From Eledone cirrhosa (Eukaryota), in assembly GCA_964016885.1 (NCBI GenBank), contig OZ024743.1, positions 128,030,001 through 128,094,000 on the forward strand: a DNA stretch of 64,000 bases. The letters run 5' to 3'. This document shows positions 27,343 to 38,203 of this stretch, one piece after another (within the stretch, counting starts at the first letter, position 1; each line of letters opens with the position of its first letter). Made by a program: the position numbers and the translations under genes. The notes under the pieces are model-generated. The model did no database searches, was not told where the DNA came from, and was given only the letters and a program-made list of their open reading frames with translations.

Positions 27343-28380
27343 GTGAAAAATTGAACGGGAACAAAACAGAGAGGCAGTACGAACAAAGGTTTATTAGTTT
27401 CACGCTCTTGAGAGTGGAATATATATATATATATATATATAAAGTGTTAAAACGATCAAATTTTAGTTTAGAACATTTATTTGCTGACAATAGGGAATGT
27501 CGAAACATGTTACTAAAATCCTAGTCATTTAGAACATTTAGGGTACATATTTGTTGTTGGTGTCATAGGTAACATGTGGATAGTCAGGAGTTAAAAAGAT
27601 GTTCTGCTTGAGAGAACACAATTACAGGCAGCACTGGTTGATGGTGTAAAAGGTATAAGTGAAAAGCACAAGCAAAAAAAGCCAAAAAAATACAGGCAAA
27701 AAGTTATAAGAAAGGAAAATTGGTGTACAATGCAGGAGTCAATACAGTAAATAAGGCATGTATGAGGAAAGAGTTATAATGCAGTTGAAATAAACATATT
27801 TTGTGTGGGGTGTTAAGGCATGTTATAATTGTTATAAATGTTTAAGATAGTGTGTAATTTGTTAGAGAGGCATGTGATGATAATGCAGGTATTTGTTATG
27901 TGAGGTGTAGTGCAAAGTACGTGATAGAGTTGGGTATGTGATTTTCATTTGAGTGTTTTTGTGTTGTAGTTCGTATGTATGTGTATATGTTGTTTGTAAC
28001 TCACAGCTATTAACCATGGGATTATTTTGAGTCGTTTATAGTCAATAGGTGTTTGTTTGTTATGGGTGTTTGTTTTTTATCTACAAATTATTTTTTCTAG
28101 GGTTTGTATTAACCGTTATTAAGCTGTTGGTAAACTGTTAGGTTTGTATTTTATCCGTTATTAAACTGTTCGTAAACCGTTGGGTAGCTTAATTTTATGA
28201 GTTTACATTGTACACGAAATTTCCTTGCTTATAACCTTTTTGCCTGTATTTTTTGCTTTTTTTTTTTGCTTGTGCTTTTCACTTATACCTCTTACACTTT
28301 CAACCAGTGCTGCCTGTAATTGTGTTTTCTCAAGCAGAACATCTTTTTAACTCCTGACTCTCCACATGATACCTATGACA

Positions 28381-28670
28381 CCAATTCTAATTTTCAATTT
28401 CTGCTGGACCGGCGACCGCTCTGTGTAATCAGTTCCTCATTATTACTGGAATTCTATAAGAATCCAACACGCATAATTTTCAGCAAACAGGAGGAGTAGT
28501 GAGCTTGGATAAGTACCAAAAAGTACGAAACAGAGCTCTGTCAGTTTATCTCCCCTGTTTGCTGAAAATTTAAATAAGTGACATTGTCACTATTTTAAAA
28601 CAATAGCGTATGGTCTTCAAAATGCTTTTAATTAAGCATACAGTGTATTGCAAGATACACTATATATACA

Positions 28671-28672
<2 letters not shown>
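28381..28672 (+). mobile_element. Single diverged monomer of the retrozyme-like family
   Basis: Collinear blocks shared with the 311 bp repeat: TTTCTGCYGGACCGGCRACCGCTCT, CAGTTCCT, ATTCTATAAG, ATAGCG, GGTCTTCAAAATG, CATACAG. Confidence 0.8.
28500..28548 (+). ncRNA. Variant hammerhead (UGGAUAA core, U3-A8), GUC site
   Basis: tgagct TGGATAA gtac caaaaa gtac GAAA caga gc tctg TC agttta, enclosed by a 17 bp stem (28475-28570). Confidence 0.75.
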
Positions 28673-28758
<86 letters not shown>

Positions 28759-28899
28759 TAGGAATCGTAGAGTAAGATATTTTAATGGTATTTCTATGAA
28801 TATATATATATATCTTTTACTCTTTTACTCTTTTACCTGTTCCAGCCATCCGGCTGAGGCCATGCTGGGGCACCGCTCTTTTTGCTACACATTTTATCT

Positions 28900-30150
28900 C
28901 CAGCCTGTATTGGTTAGCCACTGGTGTAAGAGGGAGTTTACTGCTGCTGCCCTTAGGTTTCCCTCGTGTCTTGCTGTGGGCTCATCCGGGATCCTGGATA
29001 GCAAGGTGTCTTCTTGAAGACATCCACCTCCACGCCATGCAGATCTCTCAGATCCCTCGGCAGCTTGTTAAAGAGTTGAGGGCCATTGAATCCCATGCTA
29101 TTGCAATATCTGCTCCTTATTTTAGATGTGGAAGACCACACAGTGACGTCCTGTTCGACGGTTGGTCCAGCTCCCAATGTCAAAGTTTGATGCTAGTCCC
29201 TCCAGGATTTTCACATGTAGATCACTGCGTATCTCTCCCGTCTTCGCTCCAAGGAGTAGAGGTTCAGTTCTTTTAGCCTCTCCCAGTAGCTTATCTCCTT
29301 CATCGTGGCAATCCTCTTGGTGTAGCTTCGCTGGATTGCCTCAAGCTCCGTGGTTAGTTTGACACTATGGGGTGACCACAACTGGGAGCAATAGTCCAGG
29401 CGGCTTAGTTAAATGTCCTCCATAATGCCAACATGGTGTCTCGGTCTCTTGGCCGGAAAGTCCTCAAGATCCAGCCAGCGAGTCGTCTGCACATTGTCGC
29501 CACTTTCATGATGTGTGAGGAAAAAGATGCATCATCGCTCATGTCTATACCCAGGTCTCATTGATTGTGACACAGGGATATCGGTCCCTCCTGTTCCTGT
29601 GTAATTGTGTTGTACTGTATTTGTGTTTGCAGGTTTGTATTGTAGGGCTTGGAATTTGCCAGCATTAAACTGCATGTTGTTTTCTTCGGCCATTTGTATA
29701 TGGCATCCAGATCTTGTTGTAAAAGGGCAGCGTCAGCCGGGTTTTTGATTGATTGTGCTACCTTAGTCTCATCAGCATAGCTAGTGAGGGATGTTGTTGT
29801 ATGTACTACAGAGGGCATGTCTGAGAGAGCCACCAAGAACAGTAGTGGTCCCAGGACTGTCCCTTGAGCACCCCTCTTGTTATTGATGTTTCATTTGAGA
29901 GGGCCCCGTTTGCTGCGACTGTCTGGCTTCTGTCCTTTAAGAAGTCATGCAGCCACTCACCTACTTTTCCAGTTATGACGAGTCCGTGTAGTTTGTGACA
30001 TATCATTCCGTGGTCGACCTTGTCAAAGGCCTTCGCAAAGTCAAGATATATCACGTCCACATGTGAGCTGTCTAGCATTTGTTTCAGTACCCAGTCGTAG
30101 TGATGTAGCAGCTGTGTAAGGCAGCTTCTTCCTGGGCGGAAGACATGCTG
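28900..30150 (-). mobile_element. CR1/L2-group LINE reverse transcriptase fragment
   Basis: QHVFRPGRSCLTQLL, DVIYLDFAKAFDKVDHG, QGTVLGPLLFL, YADETK, LQQDLD, LDYCSQLWSP; frameshifted. Confidence 0.92.
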
Positions 30151-30253
30151 CGTGAAGAGATGTCAACATGAATGGACCTGTTATTTTTATCTAAAGACAT
30201 TTTTTCCAATTCCATCCTACCCGTCCCCTCAATCTATCTTATTTCTCATTCTT

Positions 30254-30289
30254 TCTTCTGATGAAGGACTAGCGTCCGAAACGTTAAGA
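30254..30289 (+). ncRNA. Minimal type I hammerhead; decayed homologue at 45285-45320 (-)
   Basis: tctt CTGATGA a ggac tagc gtcc GAAA cg TT aaga. Helix III has no loop, so it could only fold as a dimer. Confidence 0.75.
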
Positions 30290-30509
30290 CCCTCTTCCTG
30301 CTATATCAAGCGTTAACCTAATATATCCCTTCCATATACTGTACCAATTGTATTGTTATTTCTGTTTACCTTGTCAATACTTATCTTTTTCCATTTCTCT
30401 GAGGGTTCTAAACCCCACTATCAGGCTAAAATTTCTTTCGTCAAAAAATACGGTGAAAGCTTCTATTTTCTAATTTCAAACTTGCTCGCTGTTTCAAAAC
30501 ATACTTACT

Positions 30510-30583
<74 letters not shown>

Positions 30584-30780
30584 ATAATAATAAAATTGAA
30601 GACTAAATTCCAAAGAGGGCTCGATAAGGAAAATATATATCAAATATATAAGAACCTAAGAGCAAATATTTATTAAAATAACAGATTAAAGTTTAAGCAA
30701 AGAATCACTGCTTTCACCCTTAACGGGATCTTCTGAAACTAACAAAGTCAATCTGTAATATATATATATATATATATATA

Positions 30781-31488
30781 TGGCACGCCAACCAGGCCTT
30801 GCTCTTCCTCTCAACCACATCATCTTCCGTATTCCCAATCTTTGCTCCCAAATACAGGAAGTCCTCAACCAATTCTAGCGGCTTCTCGCCTACATTAGTG
30901 ATCCCCTCTGACTTCTCAACATTCTCCACCAGATATTTTGTTTTAGTCTCATTCATTCTCAGCCCCACACTCATCGACACAGTCTCAACCTCCCGCATCA
31001 AATCACCTTGAGATCGGTGTGGAAGTCGGACCTTCGTAAAGAACTGAAAATCCGCCTCTTCATTGCTGTAGTGGAGTCTGTGCTGCTGTACGGGTCTGAG
31101 ACTTGGACACTGACCAAGAAACTCACTCAGATGGTGAATGGGTTCTACACGAGAACGCTGAGGATGGCTCTGAACATTAATCAGTATACACTGGGGATGA
31201 AAAACTCAGAGCTGTATGGGAGCCTCCCAAAAGTCAGCTCAAAAGTGACACAGAGGAGACTGAGGTTAGCTGGACATGCTCACCGACATCCAGAGTTGAC
31301 ATTGCACTCAATGCTCCTGTGGGAGCCCCTATATGGACACACTGGAAGAGGAAAACCAAGGTTAACGTATGTTGATGCCCTGAGGACAGATACTGGTCTG
31401 TTGGAGACGCAGGACATGGCAGCGATAATGAAGGACAGAGACCGCTGGAGAGCACTCGTCCATGGATCTCGGGAATTTTACCCGCCCT

Positions 31489-31490
<2 letters not shown>
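30781..31490 (+). mobile_element. RTE-clade LINE 3' fragment with 5' inversion, in (TA)n
   Basis: 30781-31007 minus: VGLRMNETKTKY..VEDFLYLGA..RKSKAWLAC. 31008-31490 plus continues LRSVWKS..VESVLLYGSETWTLT..RRLRLAGH..GRGKPRLTY..DRDRWR. Confidence 0.93.
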
Positions 31491-31518
<28 letters not shown>

Positions 31519-31519
<1 letters not shown>

Positions 31520-32212
31520 ACAAAGAGCTTTATCGCTCTACATGGCTGAATACAAGAAATGTAAATCTGAGCTTTTCAAATATTAATAATAATATTCGAT
31601 TCATTTGCAATTATGCAAACAGCCTCTTTAAGCCATGTAAGTAGAATGACCCGTCATTCTTACTCTTGTGTTGGCATATAAACAGAACTGAAGACACTAA
31701 TGTTTCTGGGTGATTACCCTTCATCAGGACCGTATACTGCTTCCCTGCCAACTGTCAGAGCTAACTATTTTTTAGTTGTTTAACTATGGCAAAGCCGGCC
31801 ATTAATCGCTCGTATACATGGAACTGACTGGCCTATCTGCTGATATGCAAATCTGGCTGATCAGTGGAGCTGCTAATATGCAGATCTGACTGAACAGCCA
31901 GTCTGCTAATATGCAAATCAGGTCGATCGGTCACTGTATATTCCATAAAATATCATATATTTTCACTAACTCTGACAGTTGGCACGTAAGCAGTATACGG
32001 TACTGATGAAGGGTAATCACCCAGAAACATTAGTGTCTTCAGTTCTGTTTATATGCCAACACAAGAACAAGAATTATGAGGTCATTCTATTTACATGGCG
32101 TAAAGAGGCTGTGTGCATAATTGTAAACGAATCGAATATCATTATAATTGCTGGCCTTGTGCCAAAAGTAGAAACAATTATTAATATTCGAAAAGCTCAA
32201 ATTTACATTTCT
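31519..32212. mobile_element. Fold-back element with HHR-like cores in both arms and a triple octamer spacer
   Basis: Arms about 31540-31772 and 31966-32212 each carry CTGATGA agggtaatcaccca GAAA ca ttag tg TC (helix I poor). The spacer has three approx. 33 bp repeats with ATGCAAAT/ATGCAGAT. Confidence 0.75.
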
Positions 32213-32378
32213 TATATATATATATATATATATCAAGTAAGAATATTTTCGAAACAGCGAGCGGGTTTGAAATTATAAATGTAAGCTATCGCCGTATTTT
32301 GACTAAAGAAATTAAAGAAAATTATTTAGCCTGATAGTGGGGTTAAGAACCCTCGGAGAAATGGAAAAAGATGAGTAT

Positions 32379-32449
32379 TGACGTACATGGGAGTCGAACC
32401 CACATCTTTGGTTATCCAGACCACTGTGCTACCATTACACCAACACATC
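32379..32449 (-). tRNA. tRNA-like cloverleaf (Gln-like D arm, GGA in the anticodon position) inside a repeat element; probably not a translating tRNA
   Basis: GATGTGT TG GTGT AATGGTA GCAC A GTGGT CTGGATA ACCAA AGAT GTGGG TTCGACT CCCAT GTACGTC A. 71 nt, four stems pair, TTTTT about 10 nt downstream. Confidence 0.7.
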
Positions 32450-32650
32450 ACCTGTCTTTTTCCATTCGAATTAGAAGCTATAATCTTAGAAACTGTAAAT
32501 GTCAAGTAAGAATATTTTCCATTTCTCCGAGGGTTCTTAACCCCACTATCAGGCTAAATAATTTTCTTTAATTTCTTTAGTCAAAATACGGCGATAGCTT
32601 ACATTTATAATATATATATATATAGAGAGAGAGAGAGAAGATATTTATAT

Positions 32651-33868
32651 ATGAATATAGACATAGAATATTCGAAAATATTCTGTATGTTTATAATAAA
32701 CATTTTGAAGACCTAATCGCTATAGAATAGAATACGTCACGTATTACAATTAGATTCTCGATAAAAGCAAGGGAAGTAAATCTACGCGTTTCATTCTCGT
32801 TAGAAATCGTCAGGACTACATATCCAGTGCTTTTATCGAGAATGACACAGCTAGAGACTTATAGAATACTTAGCTGTGTACAGGAACTGGTTTGAAAGAG
32901 CGGTTGCCGGTCCGGCAGAAATTAGAAATTGGAATAAATGCTCTGAAATAGCGATATATATGTGAATATAGACATAGAATATTCGAAAATATTCTGTATG
33001 TTTATAATAAACATTTTGAAGACCTAATCGCTATAGAATAGAATACGTCACGTATTACAATTAGATTCTCGATAAAAGCAAGGGAAGTAAATCTACGCGT
33101 TTCATTCTCGTTAGAAATCGTCAGGACTACATATCCAGTGCTTTTATCGAGAATGACACAGCTAGAGACTTATAGAATACTTAGCTGTGTACAGGAACTG
33201 GTTTGAAAGAGCGGTTGCCGGTCCGGCAGAAATTAGAAATTGGAATAAATGCTCTGAAATAGCGATATATATGTGAATATAGACATAGAATATTCGAAAA
33301 TATTCTGTATGTTTATAATAAACATTTTGAAGACCTAATCGCTATAGAATAGAATACGTCACGTATTACAATTAGATTCTCGATAAAAGCAAGGGAAGTA
33401 AATCTACGCGTTTCATTCTCGTTAGAAATCGTCAGGACTACATATCCAGTGCTTTTATCGAGAATGACACAGCTAGAGACTTATAGAATACTTAGCTGTG
33501 TACAGGAACTGGTTTGAAAGAGCGGTTGCCGGTCCGGCAGAAATTAGAAATTGGAATAAATGCTCTGAAATAGCGATATATATGTGAATATAGACATAGA
33601 ATATTCGAAAATATTCTGTATGTTTATAATAAACATTTTGAAGACCTAATCGCTATAGAATAGAATACGTCACGTATTACAATTAGATTCTCGATAAAAG
33701 CAAGGGAAGTAAATCTACGCGTTTCATTCTCGTTAGAAATCGTCAGGACTACATATCCAGTGCTTTTATCGAGAATGACACAGCTAGAGACTTATAGAAT
33801 ACTTAGCTGTGTACAGGAACTGGTTTGAAAGAGCGGTTGCCGGTCCGGCAGAAATTAGAAATTGGAAT
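32651..33868 (-). repeat. Tandem array of 3.9 x 311 bp hammerhead-containing units (retrozyme-like)
   Basis: Unit starts at 32653, 32964, 33275 and 33586; copies look identical. HHR at 32776-32819, 33087-33130, 33398-33441 and 33709-33752 (gtagtc CTGACGA tttctaacgagaat GAAA cgcg TA gatttac). Confidence 0.92.
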
Positions 33869-34010
33869 ATATACATATACATATACACACATATATACAT
33901 ATGTATACATGCATACACACACATACACGTATATATATGTGTGTGTGTGTGTGTATGCATATATACTTGAGAGGGATTCTTCTCTAAAGACCTTCTGCTG
34001 TCCAGCTCGC

Positions 34011-36030
34011 CTATATATATAAAACAGAGAATCTCTGTCTGTCTGTCCGATCACTAAAACTCGAGAACCACCCAATCGATTGTTTTCAAACTTTACACAT
34101 GTAATACTTATGGTCCTGTGAGTGTTTGAGCAAAAATTTCAAATTTTCAATGCCCTACGGACCGCATTAGGCGATTTAGCGATCTCTCTCTATAACTCTT
34201 AGTCTTTCTCTTTTTAGATAGATACATAGATATAACGTTGCACCCTTAGGTGACCCCCCAAAGAGGATGTCCTCATCCTCGGGTCACCGATCCACCCGCC
34301 GGCCATCCGCTCCACCATCAGGTCCAGGCTTCAAACGCTCCAGACTCTGACGAGCCGACTGGGCTTGATTGACGGCCACCCAGCTCTCTTTCTGCTGAGG
34401 AACTGCTTCGCCATGCCGAAGCTCCACTATACACTCCGCAGCGCTCCGTGCTACACCCAGACATCTCTCCTCGCTGACCTCGATACTTGTATCCGAGCAG
34501 AAGCCAAGGGGATATGCAACGTCAAGTTTGACGAAATAGGGTGGCAACAGGCCACTTTACCTGTCAGGTATGGCGGCCTTGGCCTCCGGTCCCCGATCTC
34601 ACTACTTTGCCGGCGTATCTTTCGTCGGTAACCTCGTGCCGCGTCCTCGTTAACAGGGTTCTTCAAAACACATTGAACCCTCTGTGTTCAGAGAACGTGA
34701 GGCCGCCTGTGAGACGTGGAACCGGCTGGGACTTAGCCCAGTAGACGTCCCTCCTCCTTCTCCCCTGTTGACGTTAAGTCCCCTCAACGCACTTGGGATG
34801 CCATCCAGTGCAGCCTGCCCTCAGACAGGCTCACGCGCCAACTCGACCAGCACCGCCTTGCTTGTTTCCGTGCGGCCTCCAAATCCCACAGTGGTGACTG
34901 GCTCCATGCTCTGCCCTCCTTCTCCACTGGCACGCAGCTAGACAACCATAGCCTGCGAATCGGCGTTTCCCTGAGGCTCGGCCTCCGGATTTGCCAGCAA
35001 CACCAATGTCGCTGCGGTGCCACCGTGGACTCTTTCGGCCTCCACCCGCTTTCCTGTCGCCACAGTGCCGGCCGCATTCCACGCCATGCTGCCCTCAACG
35101 AGGTCATTAAGCATGGCTTGGACGCTGCAGGCTTCCCTACCCAGCTCGAGCCGGTGGGGCTGGATCGAGGGGACGGCAAAAGGCCAGATGGCATGACCCT
35201 CTTCCCGTTCCGCGGTGGCAAACCCCTCGTCTGGGATGCCACTTGCACCGACACTTTCTGCAGCTGCAACCTGGTGCAGTCTGCGACTGACCTAGGTTCT
35301 GCTGCGCGCCGGGCTGAGGGGGCTAAACTCCTCAAATACCGGTCGCTGTCCGACAGGTTTGCGGTCGTACCCCTGGCAGACTTCTGGTGTCCTCGGCCTC
35401 AGGGCTACTTCCTTACTCACCACCATAGGCGCTGAGCTAGCCAGCCGCAGGTGTGAGCACCGCGATTTGGAGTGGCTTTTCCAGCACATCCCCCTTGCCG
35501 TCCTCCGAGGAAACACCTTCTCCATTCTGTCCGCCGGGGCTGTGGCCCCATCGCGTACCGTTGTAGTTGTTGTATACAGATATTAACTCATCAATCCCAT
35601 TGTCCTAATCCAGAACACAATTATATATCTCCCAAATAGAGAATATTTAATTATATCTGTCTGCATTACGACATTATGACGTAGCTGTGTGTGTGTGTGT
35701 GTGTACATATGTATATATAGTGTGTGTATATATATATATAGTGTGTAACGTTTTTCGAAATATTTACTTCTGCGTTCACAGATTGATTTTCTTATTCTAA
35801 TTTCAGAAGATCCCGTTAAGGGTGAAAGCAGCGATTCTTTGCTTAAACTTTAATCTGTTATTTTTATATATATATATACAATTATATATTCATGTACAGA
35901 TATATTTGCATACACAATAACAAAATATAAATAAACGTATTTATTTCACGAGGCTCAATAAGGATAAATATATATCAAATATATAAGAACCCTAGACCAA
36001 ATCCCGAGCAACGCCGGACCATTCTGCTGG
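34011..36030 (+). mobile_element. Non-autonomous Helitron with cargo
   Basis: The 5' 235 bp match the 5' end of the 59411-60959 element; 3' hairpin CCCGAGCAACGCCGG then CTGG. Confidence 0.75.
34245..35590 (+). pseudogene. CRE-clade-like non-LTR retrotransposon 3' part (RT thumb, CCHC knuckle, restriction-like endonuclease)
   Basis: ILGSPI, LLRNCFAMPKLHYTLRS, QATLPVRYGGLGLR, SGDWLHALP, CRCGA..H..SC, RHAALN, EPVGLDRGDGKRPDG, LVWDATC. GC-rich island with frameshifts. Confidence 0.88.
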
Positions 36031-36084
36031 TATATAATAAAATAAAACAAGGACGAGTGGTTACTCCTTCATTACGTTTATTGG

Positions 36085-36175
36085 CTGGTGACGCGTGTTT
36101 CGCCACCGATCAGTTCAAGGTTCGATCTGTATCGATCTAGCCCGACTCTGTAATCCACGGCTCGTCAGACACCTT
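36085..36175 (-). ncRNA. Hammerhead-like motif with long helix II insertion
   Basis: ggtgt CTGACGA gcc..(approx. 55 nt)..ggc GAAA cacgcg TC acc; helix I imperfect. Confidence 0.5.
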
Positions 36176-36218
36176 TTAGTGATAACTCCCTCTATATATA
36201 TATATTAGTGATAACTCC

Positions 36219-36268
<50 letters not shown>

Positions 36269-36397
36269 TCCATTATGGTGTGCGACTTATAGCCCTATTA
36301 GAATTCAATGTAGAGTAGATATATGTAATTATCCTATCAAACGAAGCAAAGCGAAATTTGATTTTGTGGAAAAGTAGTATCTTATTACAGATTTTTA

Positions 36398-36795
36398 ATA
36401 AACAACCCGTATATTATTCAATATACAATACATACATATATGAGTATACCGCTATGCTGAAGCACCAATACAATTTCTTTTAAAGCCTGGCCGGCTATCG
36501 CTCCGTATGAAAATGAGTTTCATCAGCTCATGAAAATAAGTAAAAATCTATAAGATTCTAGCTTATTTTAACCTCAGTCTAAGTGGGGAGATATGTAGTC
36601 TTGATAAACGCAAAAGAGCGAGAAACAACGTATTGATTACTTCGGCATGCTTTTGGTGAGGGCTGGTGTGTGACGTTCGTTACAACCTTAAAATATTTAT
36701 AGCGAAAGGCCCTCAAATGTTTTTCATAAACAATCCGTATATTCTTCAATATACAATACGTACATATATGAGTATACCGCTACGTTGGAGCCCCA

Positions 36796-36800
<5 letters not shown>
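36398..36800 (+). mobile_element. 1.2 copies of a 328 bp diverged retrozyme-like unit
   Basis: 75 bp direct repeat at 36398 and 36726, blocks collinear with the 311 bp unit, and an HHR-like motif at 36595-36640 (gtagtc TTGATAA acgc aaaaga gcga GAAA caacg TA tt gattac). Confidence 0.75.
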
Positions 36801-36835
<35 letters not shown>

Positions 36836-36838
<3 letters not shown>

Positions 36839-37983
36839 AATATAGACATAGAATATTCGAACATATTCTGTATGTTTATAATAAACATTTTGAAGACCTA
36901 ATCGCTATAGAATAGAATACGTCACGTATTACAATTAGATTCTCGACAAAAGCAAGGGAAGTAATCTACGCGTTTCATTCTTATTAGAAATCTTCAGGAC
37001 TACATATCCAGTGCTTTTATCGAGAATGACACAGCTAGAGACTTATAGAATACTTAGCTGTGTACAGGAACTGGTTTGAAAGAGCGGTTGCCGGTCCGGC
37101 AGAAATTAGAAATTGGAATAAATGCTCTGAAATAGCGATATATATGTGAATATAGACATAGAATATTCGAACATATTCTGTATGTTTATAATAAACATTT
37201 TGAAGACCTAATCGCTATAGAATAGAATACGTCACGTATTACAATTAGATTCTCGACAAAAGCAAGCGATTAGGTCTTCAAAATGTTTATTATAAACATA
37301 CAGAATATGTTCGAATATTCTATGTCTATATTCACATATATATCGCTATTTCAGAGCATTTATTCCAATTTCTAATTTCTGCCGGACCGGCAACCGCTCT
37401 TTCAAACCAGTTCCTGTACACAGCTAAGTATTCTATAAGTCTCTAGCTGTGTCATTCTCGATAAAAGCACTGGATATGTAGTCCTGAAGATTTCTAATAA
37501 GAATGAAACGCGTAGATTACTTCCCTTGCTTTTGTCGAGAATCTAATTGTAATACGTGACGTATTCTATTCTATAGCGATTAGGTCTTCAAAATGTTTAT
37601 TATAAACATACAGAATATGTTCGAATATTCTATGTCTATATTCACATATATATCGCTATTTCAGAGCATTTATTCCAATTTCTAATTTCTGCCGGACCGG
37701 CAACCGCTCTTTCAAACCAGTTCCTGTACACAGCTAAGTATTCTATAAGTCTCTAGCTGTGTCATTCTCGATAAAAGCACTGGATATGTAGTCCTGAAGA
37801 TTTCTAATAAGAATGAAACGCGTAGATTACTTCCCTTGCTTTTGTCGAGAATCTAATTGTAATACGTGACGTATTCTATTCTATAGCGATTAGGTCTTCA
37901 AAATGTTTATTATAAACATACAGAATATGTTCGAATATTCTATGTCTATATTCACATATATATCGCTATTTCAGAGCATTTAT

Positions 37984-37990
<7 letters not shown>
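36836..37990. repeat. Second retrozyme-like array, 310 bp units, 1.4 copies inverted against 2.3 copies
   Basis: Orientation switches at about 37266. HHR at 36961-37003 (-), 37478-37520 (+) and 37788-37830 (+): gtagtc CTGAAGA tttctaataagaat GAAA cgcg TA gattac. Confidence 0.92.
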
Positions 37991-38064
<74 letters not shown>

Positions 38065-38151
38065 TGTATATATACATATATGTTTATATATATATATATA
38101 TAGTAATAATAATAAAATTGAAGACTAAAATCCAAAGAGGGCTCGATAAGG

Positions 38152-38200
<49 letters not shown>

Positions 38201-38203
<3 letters not shown>

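Noticed and set aside
32325-32365. Hammerhead or HDV-like ribozyme in the tRNA-carrying element (CTGATAG..GAGAAA; GGCGAA/GGCTAA on the other strand)
   Set aside because: The core does not fit CUGANGA or a 3-8 covariant, and I could not build helices I/III or the HDV nested pseudoknot.
32379-32449. Functional tRNA-Ser(GGA) gene
   Set aside because: It lacks the long variable arm and G73 of tRNA-Ser, has U at position 37 and lies in a repeat; kept only as tRNA-like.
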